A DNA stretch of 64,000 bases from Eledone cirrhosa (GCA_964016885.1 OZ024742.1:157790001-157854000); one strand, 5' to 3'. Positions 25,000-39,070 are shown, counted from the stretch's first letter. Program-made: numbers and translations. Notes: generated by a model from the letters alone, not told the origin.

Positions 25000-26422
25000 T
25001 TACGTATCGAGAAAGAGAGAAAAAAAGGAGGGATAGGTGATACATATAGTTATTTGCCAAGTAGCGTATGCCAAAGGTGCTCGATACTAGTGCCGGCAGT
25101 ATTAAATATTCGAAGTGTTAATATGTAGTGGGCTAGAGAGTTAGCAGAGCGTAAGCACGTGGGAAAGTGAAAAATCGGAGAATAGACCGTTAAAACATGT
25201 TTATTTAAAATATCACCTACGTACGTTTCGCCCAGTTGGGCTTCTCAAGGGCATAAACAATCACAAGTGTTCCTTATATAGTTCGGAAAGAGTTTTGGGG
25301 GTTAAATCCACATCAAGATTCATTGCTCGCAAAAATATCTTGTTTTGATTGTGCAGCAGGTCAAGGGAGGTAACTTTGGCCGGTGTTAGGGCAGTCCTTC
25401 CCGGATAATTTTTGGTATGCAAGGATTGTTTTCTGGGTGTTATTTTGCTGCGCCTGTCCACCGGGGTGTTAAGACTTGTTGCAGGGAGATCCAGTGTGCT
25501 ATTTCACTCTTCATTCTTAACCCATCTAAAGAAGGATATTGTTAAGCCATGTGTACAACTTATCGCTGTTTCAGCTCTGCTGTTGATGAGCTCGTGGGGT
25601 GCAGTTATGATGTGGTAGAGCTCCATGAGGTAAAGATCGCATTTCCTCTTGAAACTGTACGGTGCAGCCCTGTCGACAATCTCCCAGTGCGTGGAGAAGC
25701 TAATGTTTAAGTCCTTTAGTGATGTGATGTAGTCCGCGAGCGAGGTGGAGTGCCTTAGTTTTCTATTTGTGAAAGAGTGGAGATGTGTTCGAAACCTAAT
25801 TTTGAACGGGCCGGAGGTGGCCCCTATATAAAGTTTAACGCTATTGTGGCTAGTAATAGTGCATCTATATATAACCCTATCGGTCAAGCAGTATCCTCTA
25901 AGGGGGCACCGTCCTCTGTCGCGGCAGTTGCAATTTCTGTCGCTGTTCCGTCTATTTCCCACGATAAGGCTATCATTGTTGCTGCGTACGTTGCTAGCTG
26001 CGCTACCGCAGCTGTCGTTAGCACAATTACAGCCCACAGCACGCGGGATGGTGCGATTGTTATTCCGCACGCCATGTTTTGCATGCTCCCCAGTCACTTC
26101 GCGGTCATTCTGGTTGCGTCTGCGGATGCCGTTGCCAACACTATTGGATGCTGTCAGGGAGTTGTTAAGGCCGATACAGTTATTGTCAGGTGTAGGTGCG
26201 TCTGCGTCGAGGTGCTGTGTCTTGGTGATCTTACTGTGGTTCGTTGTTCCTATGATGTCTGCTAGGTTAGGAGTAGTAGAGAAGGATATTTTTATATTGT
26301 TCCTATTAAGAATTTTTCTATACCAATGGTTGGGTGGGAAGTTCTTCTCTAAGGCTTCGAAGAATATCCGGGGTATGTTGGAGGCCACACTTCGAGAGTA
26401 GGGGGGGTGGAACCATAGGACG

Positions 26423-26423
<1 letters not shown>
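25000..26423 (-). mobile_element. Penelope-like element, 5'-truncated (RT thumb, linker, GIY-YIG, 3' UTR)
   Basis: [27 protein letters not shown]; CNC..CPL..C; VIYRC..YIGAT..FKIRF..H; TSLADYI..WEIV in ORF 25504-26388; (TA)n on both sides. Confidence 0.92.
25210..25257 (-). ncRNA. Minimal type I hammerhead in PLE 3' UTR
   Basis: Minus strand: ATGCCC-TTGAGAA-GCCC-AACT-GGGC-GAAA-CGTACG-TA-GGTGAT; palindromic CGTACG. Confidence 0.7.
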
Positions 26424-26521
<98 letters not shown>

Positions 26522-26764
26522 TAGGAATAACCAGAGAGGGCTTAGAAATACATTGTTTTATTAGCTAAGAGTATTTTATCCATACACCATGGTAGGAATC
26601 TTCAGAGCCTATAAACATGAGTATATCAGTAGTTGCATGTTCTATCGAGCTGCATCACCAGAGCAAGGTTAAATGACCAGCAGGGGGGTCCCGAGGCTAG
26701 CGCTATATGGAAAAAGACATTATACATGGACTTGATGTCATTAAAGATTAAGAATTACACCAAA

Positions 26765-27078
26765 AACCAGACTGTCATACAAAGGGCAATATATCTACAT
26801 GTCTAGGCATATAGATATTGATATATTTGTCAACGAAATGTGACACAGAGGAGACTGATGTTGGCTGGACATGGTCACCGAAATGCTCACGGAAATTGCT
26901 CTCAGTGCTCCTGTGGGAGCCCCTACATGGACACACTGGAAGGGGAAGACCAAGGTTAACGTATGTTGATGCCCTAAGGACAGGCACTGGTCTGTTGGAG
27001 ACGCAGGACATGGCAGCGATAATGAGGGACAGAGACTGTTGGAGAGAACTCGTCCATGGATCTCGGGAATTTTACCCG

Positions 27079-27081
<3 letters not shown>
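26765..27081 (+). mobile_element. 3' fragment of an RTE-like LINE
   Basis: VLLWEPLHGHTGRGRPRLTYVDAL..IMRDRDCWRELV, a typical RTE-group C-terminus; preceded by a LAGH-like motif in another frame. Confidence 0.75.
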
Positions 27082-27130
<49 letters not shown>

Positions 27131-27132
<2 letters not shown>

Positions 27133-28005
27133 AGAAAGAAGAGTGACATGGTTTATTCACATTGCTGACAATTGTTTCTCTGAACTGGTAGGTTTAGAGA
27201 TCGCTACCCGCCTGTTTGTGCGTTAATCGATCACCAATACTTTGTTATAACCAGTCTATTCATCAGAGCATGCAAGAATGAAAGAAATACACAGACATGG
27301 CTTCTATATATAGTAGTGGCATTAAATCAGAACAATAATAACAATACTCAAATAAATTAACTAGATTGTAAATAGTTAAATAATCACAACATCAATCGAA
27401 GTAAGAAATAGAGTATGCTGATGACTTTAGATTGTAAAACGAGCTGATGTGAAGCAGATGCATGAAATTGACATGTAAAAGCTGCCATGGGGTATATTAT
27501 ATATAGTTTAGATAACCTAGTGCTTGAAACAATGGACAATTTACTTTACTGTAGGTTGCTGACCGTAAGATTTATTTATTATCTAATAGATAAAATATTT
27601 TCATTGTAGTGAGGATGGTAATTTGTATGTGGTGTAAAGCGGATTCGTTATTTAAGTGGTCTATATTAGATGAAGGCATTGTTAGTTCGAATCATGTTGA
27701 ATGCTAAGTTATGTTGGTTCGAATCACGGTGGCTTAAATCTTGTGAATTTAGTAGCGATCCTGTGTCTGCAGAAAATTGACCTTTCTATTTTGTTGTTGA
27801 GTAGCCTGTTATCGTTCCTAATGATATACAGTAATTCAAGGTTACAGAGCCTACAATAGGACATACCGGTACTATATGCCCTTGCGGCCGACAACCTCGA
27901 CCAGTTGATATTGTAGTCTATGTTTTTGTCCTTAAGTTCCCAGATTTTTTTGGCCAGGGTTGTAGAACCTATAAGTGCACGGTTCTTCATCGAATGTCTG
28001 TGCAC
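27131..28005 (-). mobile_element. PLE 3' part (GIY-YIG C-terminus plus 3' UTR)
   Basis: HRHS..STTLAKKIWELKDKNIDYNINW..AY..CRLCNLE..LLN..CRH; 3' UTR with hammerhead, ends at (TA)n. Confidence 0.9.
27158..27273 (-). ncRNA. Type I hammerhead with ~80 nt stem II
   Basis: Minus strand: GCATGCT-CTGATGA-ATAGACTGGT...ACCAGTTCAGA-GAAA-CAATTG-TC-AGCAATGT. Confidence 0.75.
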
Positions 28006-28009
28006 ATAC

Positions 28010-29886
28010 CATCTTTTTTTAAACGTACCCGTGGTGGATCCAATGTAATGGCAAGTGGAGTTGACCAGCTATTAACACAAGAGAATTTACCAAGGAGAAT
28101 TACGGATTCAAATCCTGCAGAAACCCTCGAAACAACCCTACGCTCGATGCCGTCGAGCTGGACCTTATGAATATAAGTGGTACTAAATTCAAAAAAAAAA
28201 ACACACCACAACAAATTACAAAATGACAACAATACACTACTAAAAAGACTAAAAGTCACAAACGGTATCATAGTAAAGGCAGACAAAACATCAAACGTAT
28301 ATTCTATTGACCTTAACACATACAATAATTTCATTCAGCGTGAACTACATAAAAAATAAAAAATAAAACAAATGAATCCACGCTCACCAGCATTAACAAG
28401 GAGGGTCTTTGGATAGTAAATAAACTCGGAATATCCGATAGAACCCAGCCTCTAACCCCATGCAACCCCACATTTAACCTCAAGGATCACAAAAATAATT
28501 TTGAAGCAAATCCTACTATCAGACTAATATGCCCATCTAAGTCGGATATAGGTAAAATTAGCAAGAATATTCCATAGAGGGTAATCGCACAAATAAAGGG
28601 AAAACTAGAAATCAATTTATGGGGTTACACTAACGAAGCGATTTAATGGTTCAGTAACATACGAAATAGAGAAGCATGTAACTTCATACAATTCGATATA
28701 AACGATTACTGCGCATCCATGTCCACAGCCACCCTAGATAAAGAGCTTATATTTTCCCAAAATAACTCCGATCTTACCCCTGATGAAATTGAAATAACAC
28801 TAGCTGCTAGGACTATCATAAAATTTGAAATTAGCTATTGGGTAAGAAAAGATAGGATAAACAGCTTCGATATTACAATGGGATCGAACGATTCAGCGTA
28901 AATCACTGAAGTCGTGGGGTTATTTATAGCACACAACCTACATAAAGAATTCAGTAACCTCCATGGAGGGATTTATAGAGATGACACGCTCAGTATAGCT
29001 AGGAACATAAATAACCAGAGCATAGAAAGATTATGAAAAAACATTAGAACATTCTTCAAAAAACTAGGCCTAAGTATTACCTACGAACGGAATCATTAAA
29101 AGGTAAACTTTCTAGATGTGACTCTAAATCTAAATACAAGATTAATAGAACCCTTCCACAAAAAATAATGAGAAGCTGGCCTACATTAGTTATAACTCAA
29201 ACCACCCCCGATCCATAATCAGATCGTAGTATATCCCTTAGAATATCCCGTTTATCCTCAAACCTAGACATTTTTAATGAACATGCTAACTATTATACCG
29301 CGGCATTACATAGGGCCGGACACAAAGAAAAGCTGCAGTTTATAACGGATAAGGACAACTCAAACAAACCCACTAATACTGACACCAACCGCTCACACAA
29401 TAGAGGTAACAGGACTAGACATAGAAGTAGGCAAATAGCACCTAGAGTAGGTGGTCCAAACACGAATATTGTAAACCCTAAAAACTACAGAAGAATTAGA
29501 GAAAGAAAATACCTGCGGTTTAATCCAATCTTCAACTCCTCTGTAAAAACTAGACTGCCTTCTACGTTTTTTAAACTAATAGATAAACACTTCCCTATAT
29601 CACATAGATATAAAATCCTCAATAGAAAAACTATAAAATCCTCATACTCTACGGCTGCAAATATAGTATCCCACATACGCAAGATCAACCACAGAAGTAA
29701 CTCTAGCGAAACCACCCCACCTATGCGCAACATAGTACCAAAATCTAAACATAAACACATCACAGTATCACAATCGCAAACGCATACGAGCGTGCCGCAG
29801 CAAAACCTCAACGAGCATGAATCACAACCCACTTATAGCAGTGTACAAAACATCAGTGTGGAAGCTGCACGGAATAACACCTCACA
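28010..29886 (+). mobile_element. PLE reverse transcriptase region, degenerate, inverted relative to its 3' part
   Basis: IVKADKTSNVY, LKDHKNNF..P..RLI.PSKSDIGKISK, FIQFDI, FDITMGS.DSA, GIYRDD, VNFLDVTLNL, SNHP, RFNP..KHFP..H..KILNRKTIK; many stops. Confidence 0.92.
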
Positions 29887-29909
29887 CTGCAGTTTATAAC
29901 GGATAAGGA

Positions 29910-30800
29910 CCGATGTCTAATCCCATGTCAGCGATGGTCTCTCCGTATCAGAATGACCGCCAAATTTGAAATTCCAGCAGTTTCAGTATGAGGAGTCTCA
30001 TACTGTCTTCAAGCGGAAAGGGGAGGTCATCGCGAAACACAACGATTTAAAATAATATAGACGTGGGTTAATTAATTTTTTCAACAATTTTAACCTTGCG
30101 TGTGAAGAACTCAATTAGATTTTAAAAAAATAAATATATGCACGTATTATTTATACACGCATCCAGGTATTTTCTTAGTCTAAAAACAGAGATATGATAC
30201 CAGAATAACAATCAATATTACATAGTAATAATAAATACGGAAAGTTACGCTTAAAAGGTATCTAGAAGTATTCATCTCAGGCCAAATCAAGAGTATAATA
30301 TTCAATACATTAACAGAGAAAGCTTTAAGCTATACTCTGACTGGCTTCCATCTCACTCAACAAACATTAGGATATACCTTAGTATAATCCCAATTTTACG
30401 TTGGTGGTGCTAACTATATGTATTTTGCGGAAGGCCTTATTTTATATGAGACATAATTAAAATATATCTCCTTTTCCAAACAATTGTTTCATTATAAGTT
30501 TTCTACAAGTTGGGAGAATGTGTCCGGGTTATGTAGAAGCCTTTACATATTCCGTAGGAATATATGCAGGTGGCCACTTATAAATCATCAGTGGATGCCC
30601 GTCAAACATCGATATAAAAAAAAACTCTCTTACCGATGTCTAATCCCATGTCAGCTATGGTCTCTCTCCGTATCAGAATGACCGCCAAATTTGAAATTCC
30701 AGCAGTCTCAGAGGGAGGAGTCTCATACTGTCTTCAAGCGGAAAGGGGAGGTCATCGCGAAACACAAGGATTCAAAATAATATACACGTGGGTTAATTAA
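29910..30800 (-). mobile_element. Non-coding unit with ~168-bp direct terminal repeats holding hammerhead-like cores
   Basis: 29910-30075 matches 30633-30800; minus strand TTGAAGA-CAGTATGAG-ACTC-CTCATACT-GAAA at about 29968-30025, stem III apparently eroded. Confidence 0.65.
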
Positions 30801-30992
30801 TATATATATAAATATATGTATATATATAAATAACATAAAATTTTAAGCAAAGAATCGCTGCTTTCACACTTAACGGGATTTTTTGAATATATATATATAT
30901 ATACATGTGTATATATATATATATATAAATGTGCATATAAATATATATATATGTATATATATATTTATTTATTGATATATATATATATATAC

Positions 30993-31028
<36 letters not shown>

Positions 31029-31032
<4 letters not shown>

Positions 31033-31387
31033 CGTTTCTGAATTTGTTTAGCAAGATTCTTTATCTGAAATCGTGTGTTGAAACCGATATTGTTATACTT
31101 TGGGAGGGTCATGTTGCCAATAAGAAACACACGCACCAGTTGCTTTCACTTCAATTTAATTTATTAAATATTTATAAATTTACAAATTTATAAATTTCTG
31201 GTTGGTTGGTTGGTTCCACAACCAGATAGTTGTTTATATATATATAGTCATAGTTCTTTCGTCACACACTCTGTGACCTCTTCAGTGACTGGGGATTTCT
31301 TTCTTCGTTTCTGTGCCTTTCCTTTCTTCTATCCTACGCCATTTTGTTTGTGTGTGGGTTGCGTGCAACATGACCCTCCCAAAGTAT

Positions 31388-31393
<6 letters not shown>
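31029..31393 (-). mobile_element. PLE terminal family F2 with inverted short end
   Basis: Matches 52602-52915; 31365-31393 is the reverse complement of 31089-31117. Confidence 0.88.
31246..31290 (-). ncRNA. Minimal type I hammerhead (F2)
   Basis: Minus strand: AGTCA-CTGAAGA-GGTCACA-GAGTG-TGTGAC-GAAA-GAAC-TA-TGACT. Confidence 0.75.
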
Positions 31394-31442
<49 letters not shown>

Positions 31443-31496
31443 CACACGTATATATTCATATATATGTATACGCGTATATATATATATATATACACG

Positions 31497-31566
<70 letters not shown>

Positions 31567-32176
31567 CGCGCGCGCGTATTTGTATATAGATATGTATATA
31601 TGCAGATAGACATATAGGTATCTAGGTAGGTAGTTATATACAAATATTTTTTATGAATAGTTAGCATGTAGTTGAATTACACTTTTATGTCTCCTCAATC
31701 GTCAATTATATATTATATATTTTGCTTTGATATCTGGCTTTTACGAACTTTCAAGTAGGAAAATTAAGGAAAACAAATTAATAACTTAAAATATCACGAA
31801 ACAGTTTAATTAAAAATGTGTAGCTTCAAAATATTTATATTTAGTGTTGCCGCTCGTGCTATAGAATATATCTGGCAAATTCGTTAGGCAAGTAATAGCG
31901 ATTGATACACGGTTGTGTCAAAATTCTATAACTAACTCAGTACACACACAATATTATATATCAAAATTAACTCAGAAAAAACTATAATTCTGGGAGTACG
32001 AACGTGAATCACAAAAAAGTATTCTATATAAACTCGCTTATAAATAGAATCCTTACCATGGTTTCCTATGGGGAAGAATTATCATTGGATCCACCAATAA
32101 TTGAAGAATCTGCCACAATCTTCAGGGGAGTTTAATTCTTCAAGACCTAAGAGAAATTGAACAACATATAATACAT

Positions 32177-32303
32177 AATTGTTTCTACTTTTGGCAAAAG
32201 GCCAGCAATTATCCAGTCAATTACTGGTACATTATTTTATCGACCTCGTAAGGATGAAAGGCAAAGTTAACCTCGGCGGAATTTGAACTCAGATCATAAA
32301 GTG
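32177..32303 (-). mobile_element. 5'-truncated SINE present only in the left arm of the inverted duplication
   Basis: SINE central domain and 3' end; the matching right-arm site (~35560-35575) is empty. Confidence 0.85.
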
Positions 32304-35300
32304 TGTTTCCCTTGCAGAGGCAGAATGGTGAAATAAAAATACGCGTAGTGTTTTGTTGTCAAAGTCTCTTAGTATATGTAGGATTACTTGACAGGCTTAT
32401 AATGACGCTAGAAATAGCTTTAAGTTCCTATTTCTAGCGATATTATAAGCCCGCCAAGTAGTACTAATATCCTAGAAAATGGTAGTGAGAACAATATATA
32501 AGTGAGGTTAGAATAATTGTTTGTCTATCTTGTTTGTACTCCCAGAAGTAAGGTATTTCTCTTTTAATTTTAATATATAATACTGCTTCCGTGACAGGTT
32601 TCTCTTGTTGAGATGTTTAAGCATTAGAGACTAATTCAATTTTGATTAATATGAAACTGCTCCTTAGTACGTCGAGCTGTACAAGATGGTCTTTAGGCTG
32701 CTATTTCTAGTGACATTATAATCCTGTCAAGTAGTCCTAATATGCTGGGAGATTTTGATAACGAAACACTTTTTATTTGACCATGCTACTCCAGCAAAGG
32801 AATCAGTATGTATTATATCTTGTTCAATTTCTCTTAGCTCTTGAAGAATTAAACACCCCTGAAGAGTGTTGCGGATACTTGGATAACATATGTATGCTCA
32901 GTTGGTTTCACTTACGGATCAATCCGTATAACGTGGAGAGCATTGCTTCTGACAGGACCCTCTGGATTGCGTACTTAGGTCACTGCCTCCACGACCTTGC
33001 CAGAAATACACGAGAAAAGAGAAATAGTGTATGTCTCTTAACCTTAAACACCTGTTTCCAAATAAGAATGACAAAGGAAGATATGTACTCCCAATTTAAA
33101 GATATGATATATGACTACATATGAATAAAGATTAGAATTAATCACCGTTGTCATTTGACGTAATATAATAGAATTAATGTATCCCACTGAAGACACGTTA
33201 TATATTTGTATAAACAAAAGAGATGTTAGGTGATGTGAAGTAGTGTACATAGGGGAAACTACTGGCTGATTACATATATTCCAAGCTTTTATCATATGTC
33301 TCCTCGATAAGGACCGATTTGTAGCTAAGCAATAGAAACATAACTGAAAGAAAATTTGCAATACTAACTAACAATACGTGAGACATTATTTATAGATTGC
33401 TTTTAATATATAAAATGGATCCCTTAAATAGAAATGTTCGCTTAATAAAACTTTCATAGATTTTCTCAGTAAATTTAAGTTATCCACTGAAAGTCTATTT
33501 ATATTCTGAATGATATCAAGAAAAAATTGATTTTGATTAAATTGATGCGGAAAATGTATAGATGCCATAAAATATATTTCCTTCAATTGCCAATTGCTAA
33601 CACTAGATCTTATTGTGTAGGAGACAAGTTTCTGTTGAAAAGAATTCCTGACCCAATTTTCGATTACAACTCTCGCTATTTCAATTTAGTGACACATTCG
33701 TTACTCGTTTCCGATATAGTATCAATGCAAATATTCTTATCTTCTACGGCTTAGTAAAACCAAGGTAAATAGCTAGTATCTATGAAGCTTCGACAGTTTC
33801 TACGATGATTGTTCTATTTTTCCCATCAAACAAAGTACCTACTCATAGAATTAACATATAAGTAGATGATCATTTCCTAGACATATGTTCACTTAATTTA
33901 ATGATTCAGTGTGGCAATTTGAATGACAAGACTCACACATTTAATATCAGGTATCATCCGTCTGTTCAATTTCTCTCAAAAGGCATAGATTATCACGAAG
34001 CTTTAAAGATATTTGCTCAAGATTCGAGGCAATGGGATGCAACCTATATTCTGCTGAATTCAACGCGAACTCCTAAAGTATTTTGTCATACTCCATCCAC
34101 ATAATAACTAGAATTGAGTTACAACAATATCATATAGCCAACGCAGAAGTAAAACCAAGATGCCCGGTTGGACATATAGTAATAAACAAATATTGAAATA
34201 AGGGTTTCTAACATTGGAAATAGAACAGGAAATTATGGGGAGGGAAAGTACTTTATATTGATTTCATAATTGAATAGTACTTTATTTTATCGACACCGGC
34301 AGGGTGAAAATCAATGTTGACAGTAATGGTGTTTTTAATCAGAACGTAGAATGACAGAACATATTTCTAGTAACTTGTCCGAGGCCATAACGTCCAATTC
34401 ATAATGAAAACAATTTATGCAGCAAAGACAAAGTGATGTCTAACATGTTGAGTAGATCCGATAAATCCTGAAATTGAGTAGTGATATATATATATATTGT
34501 TATGTTCTTTATATTGTTATGCTGTTTCTATGTTGTCAGCTATTATGTTTCGTCCTTATCGAGGAGACATATGATAAAAGCTTGGAATATATGTAATCAG
34601 CCAGTAGTTTCCCCTATGTACACTACTTCACATCACCCATCATCTCTTTTGTTTATACAAATATATAACGTGTCTTCAGTGGGATACATTAATTCTATTA
34701 TATTACGTCAAATGACAATGGTGATTAGTTCTAATCTTTATTCATATGTAGTCATAAATCATATCTTTAAATTGGGAGTACATATCTTCCTTTGTCATTC
34801 TTATTTGGAAACATGTGTTTAAGGTTAAGAGACATACACTATTTCTCTTTTCTCACGTATTTCTGGGAAGGTTGTGGAGGCAGTGACCTCAAGTACGCAT
34901 TCCAGAGGGTCGTGTCAGATGCAATGCTCTCCACGTCATACGGCTTGATCCCCAAGTGAAACCAACTGAGCACGCATATGTTATCCAAATATCCGCCACA
35001 CTCTTCAGGGGTATTTAATTCTTCAAGAGCTAAGAGAACAAGATATAATACATACTGATTCCATTGCTGGGGTAGCATGGTCAAATAAAAAGTGTTTCGT
35101 TATCAAAGTCTCCTAGAATATTAGGACTACTTGATAGGCTTATAATGTCGCTAGAAATAGCAGCCTAAAAACCATCTGGTACAGCTCGACGTACTAAGGA
35201 GCAGTTTCATATTAATCAACATTGAATTAGTCTCTAATGCTTAAATATCTCAACGAGGGAAACCTGTCACAGAAGCAGTATTATATATTAAAATTAAAAG

Positions 35301-35604
35301 AGAAATACCTTATTTCTGGGAGTACATACAAACAAGATAGACAAAAGATTATTATAACCTCACTTATATATTGTTCTCACTACCATTTTCTAGTATATTA
35401 GTACTACTTGGCGGGCTTATAATGTCGCTAGAAATAGCAACTTAAAGCTATTTCTAGCGCCATTATTACCCTGTCAAGTAATCCTACATATACTAAGAGA
35501 TTTTGACAACGAAACATTACGCGTGTTTTTATTTCACCATTCTGCCTCTGCAATGGAAACATTATATATTATCTTTTGTTCAATTTCTCTTAGGTCTTGA
35601 AGAA

Positions 35605-35695
35605 TTAAACTCCCCTGAAGATTGTGGCAGATTCTTCAGTTATTGGTGGATTCAATGATAATTCTTCCCCTTAGGAAACCATAGTAAGGATATCT
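35605..35695 (+). ncRNA. Degenerate hammerhead-like motif (mirror copy at ~32045-32135, minus)
   Basis: TCCC-CTGAAGA-long stem II-GAAA-CCAT(A/G)G-TA-AGGA; palindromic CCATGG in the left copy; stem I weak. Confidence 0.45.
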
Positions 35696-36176
35696 ATTTA
35701 TAAACGAGTTTTTATAGAATACTTTTTTTGTGATTCTCGTTCGTACTCCCAGAATTATAGTTTTTTCTAAGTTAATTTTGATATATAATATTGTGTGTAC
35801 TGAGTTAGTTATACAAGTTTGACACAACCCTGTACCTTCTTTGCTATCACTCGCTATTACTTGTCTAACGAATTTGCCAGATATATTCTATAGCACGAAC
35901 GGCAACACTCAATATAAATATTTTGAAGCTACACATTTTTAATTATACTGTTTCGTGATATTTTAGGTTATTAATTTGTTTTCCTTAATTTTCCTACTTG
36001 AAAGTTCGTAAAAGTCAGATATCAAAGCAAAATATAATATATAATTGACGATTGAGGAGACATAAAAGCATAATTCAACTACATGCTAACTATTCAGAAA
36101 AATATTTGTATATACCTACTTACCTACATACCTATTTTGCTATCTGCATATATACATATCTATATACAAATACGCG

Positions 36177-36226
<50 letters not shown>

Positions 36227-36388
36227 CATACGTGTGTGTATATATATATATATATATAGGTATATATATATATATATACATATATACGTGTATATATATA
36301 TATATATAAATAAATATATATATAAATATGTAGATATATATATGTATCTATCTATATATATATACATATGTGTATATATATATATATA

Positions 36389-36470
<82 letters not shown>

Positions 36471-36621
36471 TATACAGTATTTTCCGTTGTGTTGTAATAT
36501 AAATATTACACACTGTAGATTATCAGCTCACGTAGAGTTTGCTCGACGGTTCCAGTTGTAGTTCCAAAAGTAATCCGGAGAAAAATAGAAAGATTTGAAT
36601 GGATACAGTTTAGTTGAAAAG

Positions 36622-36748
36622 AATTTATTGACACGTGTTTCTATAACAGTTACATAACCTAAAACAGCTGCTATCTACAAACTTTTAGTTATGCAGACAT
36701 TCAATATTTCAATGTTATTATTTACTGTCATTTCATCAGAATAATATT
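36622..36748 (-). ncRNA. Type I hammerhead with ~90 nt stem II
   Basis: Mirror copy of 38752-38877. Confidence 0.72.
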
Positions 36749-37306
36749 ACTGAGGACCTATTTAGTTTTTATAGAGAATATTAGGAGGGAGGAGTGAAGT
36801 TGTTAGAAGAATAGTTGAAGGAGTGGTTTTTCGATAGGAGTGAGAATTCTTGGTGGCAGTGAGTAATTAGATTCCCATCTGTTGTTTTGACATTTTTTAT
36901 AGAATATATTATTGGTTATTTTTCTAAATCTATAGAAGGATTAGAGATAGTAAAGATATGCGTGGTTGGTTTTGTGTTTGCACTTAATTAACATTCAGAC
37001 TTAAATTTTTCTTTCAAGTGTACGTATCCTTTCACCCACGCATTCACACACAAATATATTTGCACACCTCTACAAAATACATATACTCACAATTCACATA
37101 TTCATACTTACATATATATACACATGCATACACATATATATACACACATGTATTCATGTACATACATACGCGCTCATGTGTATACATTTTCATACTCAAC
37201 TTATCTTTATATACACACGTATAGACAAACACATATATACATACATACTCTAGTCCATGTGTACACACATACACATACATACACATCCATATACACACAT
37301 ATACAT

Positions 37307-37373
<67 letters not shown>

Positions 37374-38099
37374 CACTTTAATACATGAATACACTTACAT
37401 CTAACTATACACATCAAACATATATATATATTTACTTATTTATATACATTTTCACATATATATACATACTTATGGACGTTTTTAGACACATTCATTATCG
37501 CATATTTGTACCTATTCTCATCAGCATATCTTTCCATTATTAGTATGGTAATTTAAGGTTATTAATATATGTTGAGAAGAGATTGTTTTTATATTTTGCT
37601 AACTAGATTAAGGTTTATATAGTTGGGGGATGTCCCTCTTTTATGTAATATTCGGCTTGTAGTGGGAAAAAAGGGTTTTAGTTCTGTGACGGCAGAATAA
37701 TTGTGTAATCTTGAGATTTATTACATAATCACACACAAGAAGAAACTGCTGAATAACAGAATTGAACGAACATTATTCTGCCGTCACAGAACTAAAACCC
37801 TTTTTTCCCACTACAAGCCAAATATTACATAAAAGAGGGACATCCCCCAACTATATAAACCTTAATCTAGTTAGAAAAATATAAAAACAATCTCTTCTCA
37901 ACATATATTAATAACTTTAAATTACCATACTAATAATGGAAAGATATGCTGATGAGAATAGGTACAAATATGCGATAATGAATGTGTCTAAAAACGTCCA
38001 TAAGTATGTATATATATGTGAAAATGTATATAAATAAGTAAATATATATATATGTTTGATGTGTATAGTTAGATGTAAGTGTATTCATGTATTAAAGTG

Positions 38100-38192
<93 letters not shown>

Positions 38193-38751
38193 ATGTATAT
38201 GTGTGTATATGGATGTGTATGTATGTGTATGTGTGTACACATGGACTAGAGTATGTATGTATATATGTGTGTTTCTATACGTGTGTATATAACGATAAGT
38301 TGAGTATGAAAATGTATACACATGAGCGCGTATGTATGTACATGAATACATGTGTGTATATATATGTGTATGCATGTGTATATATATGTAAGTATGAATA
38401 TGTGAATTGTGAGTATATGTATTTTGTAGAGGTGTGCAAATATATTTATGTGTGAATGCGTGGGTGAAAGGATACGTACACTTGAAAGAAAAATTTAAGT
38501 CTGAATGTTAATTAAGTGCAAACACAAAACCAACCACGCATATCTTTACTATCTCTAATCCTTCTATAGATTTAGAAAAATAACCAATAATATATTCTAT
38601 AAAAAATGTCAAAACAACAGATGGGAATCTAATTACTCACTGCCACCAAGAATTCTCACTGCTATCGAAAAACCACTCCTTCAACTATTCTTCTAACAAC
38701 TTCACCCCTCCCTCCTAATATTCTCTATAAAAACTAAATAGGTCCTCAGTA

Positions 38752-38877
38752 ATATTATTCTGATGAAATGTCAGTAAATAATAACATTGAAATATTGAAT
38801 GTCTGCATAACTAAAAGTTTGTAGATAGCAGCTGTTTTAGGTTATGTAACTCTTATAGAAACACGTGTCAATAAATT
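38752..38877 (+). ncRNA. Type I hammerhead with ~90 nt stem II
   Basis: TATTATT-CTGATGA(38760)-...-GAAA(38858)-CACGTG-TC-AATAAAT; palindromic CACGTG, GTC triplet. Confidence 0.75.
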
Positions 38878-38911
38878 CCTTTCAACTAAACTGTATCCAT
38901 TCAAATCTTTC

Positions 38912-39070
<159 letters not shown>

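Larger units (their letters stand above)
31440..36300. repeat. Large inverted duplication, arms ~31440-33314 and ~34552-36300, spacer ~1.2 kb
   Basis: Reverse-complement match followed along the arms, including flanking microsatellites; matching ORFs 32777-33124(+)/34839-35084(-) and 33044-33361(-)/34481-34822(+). Confidence 0.92.

Noticed and set aside
27131-29886. Naiad/Chlamys-type PLE with N-terminal GIY-YIG or selenocysteine recoding
   Set aside because: The endonuclease is on the opposite strand and is followed by the 3' UTR, so this is an inversion; the stops are mixed TAA/TAG/TGA with frameshifts.
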